Both the position numbers and the translations under genes were made by a program. Below are positions 63,697 through 64,000 of a stretch of 64,000 nucleotides of DNA, piece by piece. Source of the DNA: Stegostoma tigrinum (Eukaryota); the NCBI RefSeq assembly GCF_030684315.1, contig NC_081361.1:32842704-32906703 (forward strand), given 5' to 3'. The notes beneath the pieces were generated by a model, which had not been told where the DNA came from, searched no databases, and saw only the letters and a list, made by a program, of their open reading frames with translations. Each line of letters starts with the position of its first letter. The first letter of the stretch is position 1.

Positions 63697-64000
63697 CAGG
63701 AAATTTGTATACAGGGGCAAGGATGTCTTACTGCAGCTGTACAGGTGAGACCATACATGGAGTATTGTGTACAGCTTTGGTCTTCTAACCTAAGAAAGAC
63801 TAAAATTGTCACAGAAGGAGTGCGGTGAAGGTTCACCAGACTGATTCCTGGGATGGCAGGTTTGTTGTATGGGGGACATTTGGGTTGATTTAAGCCTGTA
63901 TTCACTAGAGTTTAGAAGAATGAGAAGATCCATTCAAATGTACAAAATTCCAACAGGACAAGATAGATCTGATGCAGGGATGATGATTCCTCTCTGGGGT
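63697..64000 (+). mobile_element. CR1-type LINE ORF2 fragment (runs off the window)
   Basis: KDVLLQLY / VRPYMEYCVQLWS / RFTRLIPGM motifs. Confidence 0.75.

Noticed and set aside
61158-64000. Exon 2 of LRRC52 within the window (e.g. acceptor TTCCCTTCCAG near 62923)
   Set aside because: No in-frame NxTC..P / TM-encoding segment follows; exon 2 is probably beyond 64000.

Overview
Repeat-rich vertebrate genomic DNA, most likely from a shark. This is inferred from HE1/V-SINE-type and SacSINE/DeuSINE-type SINEs and shark-style CR1 and Penelope repeats; the species cannot be determined. Host genes: two same-strand LRRC52-like genes (BK/Slo channel gamma-subunit family). One is a complete two-exon divergent paralogue (41977-42607 + 44242-44600, 329 aa); the other is exon 1 of a copy closer to canonical LRRC52 (60536-61157), whose exon 2 was not found in the window. 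The rest is mostly decayed mobile DNA: Penelope-like elements (PLEs; RT + GIY-YIG) with minimal hammerhead ribozyme motifs in their terminal repeats, CR1/L2-type LINE fragments, tRNA-derived SINEs and PIF/Harbinger relics (Myb/SANT gene and DDE transposase). The most striking structure is a recurrent class of fold-back PLE insertions: eight of about 200 bp and one of 2.2 kb. Each has two inverted terminal-repeat arms joined near the hammerhead, flanked by a 10-16 bp target-site duplication (TSD). A ~35-nt tail is present on one arm only, and in several cases both arms share private variants. Repeat boundaries are read by eye and approximate.
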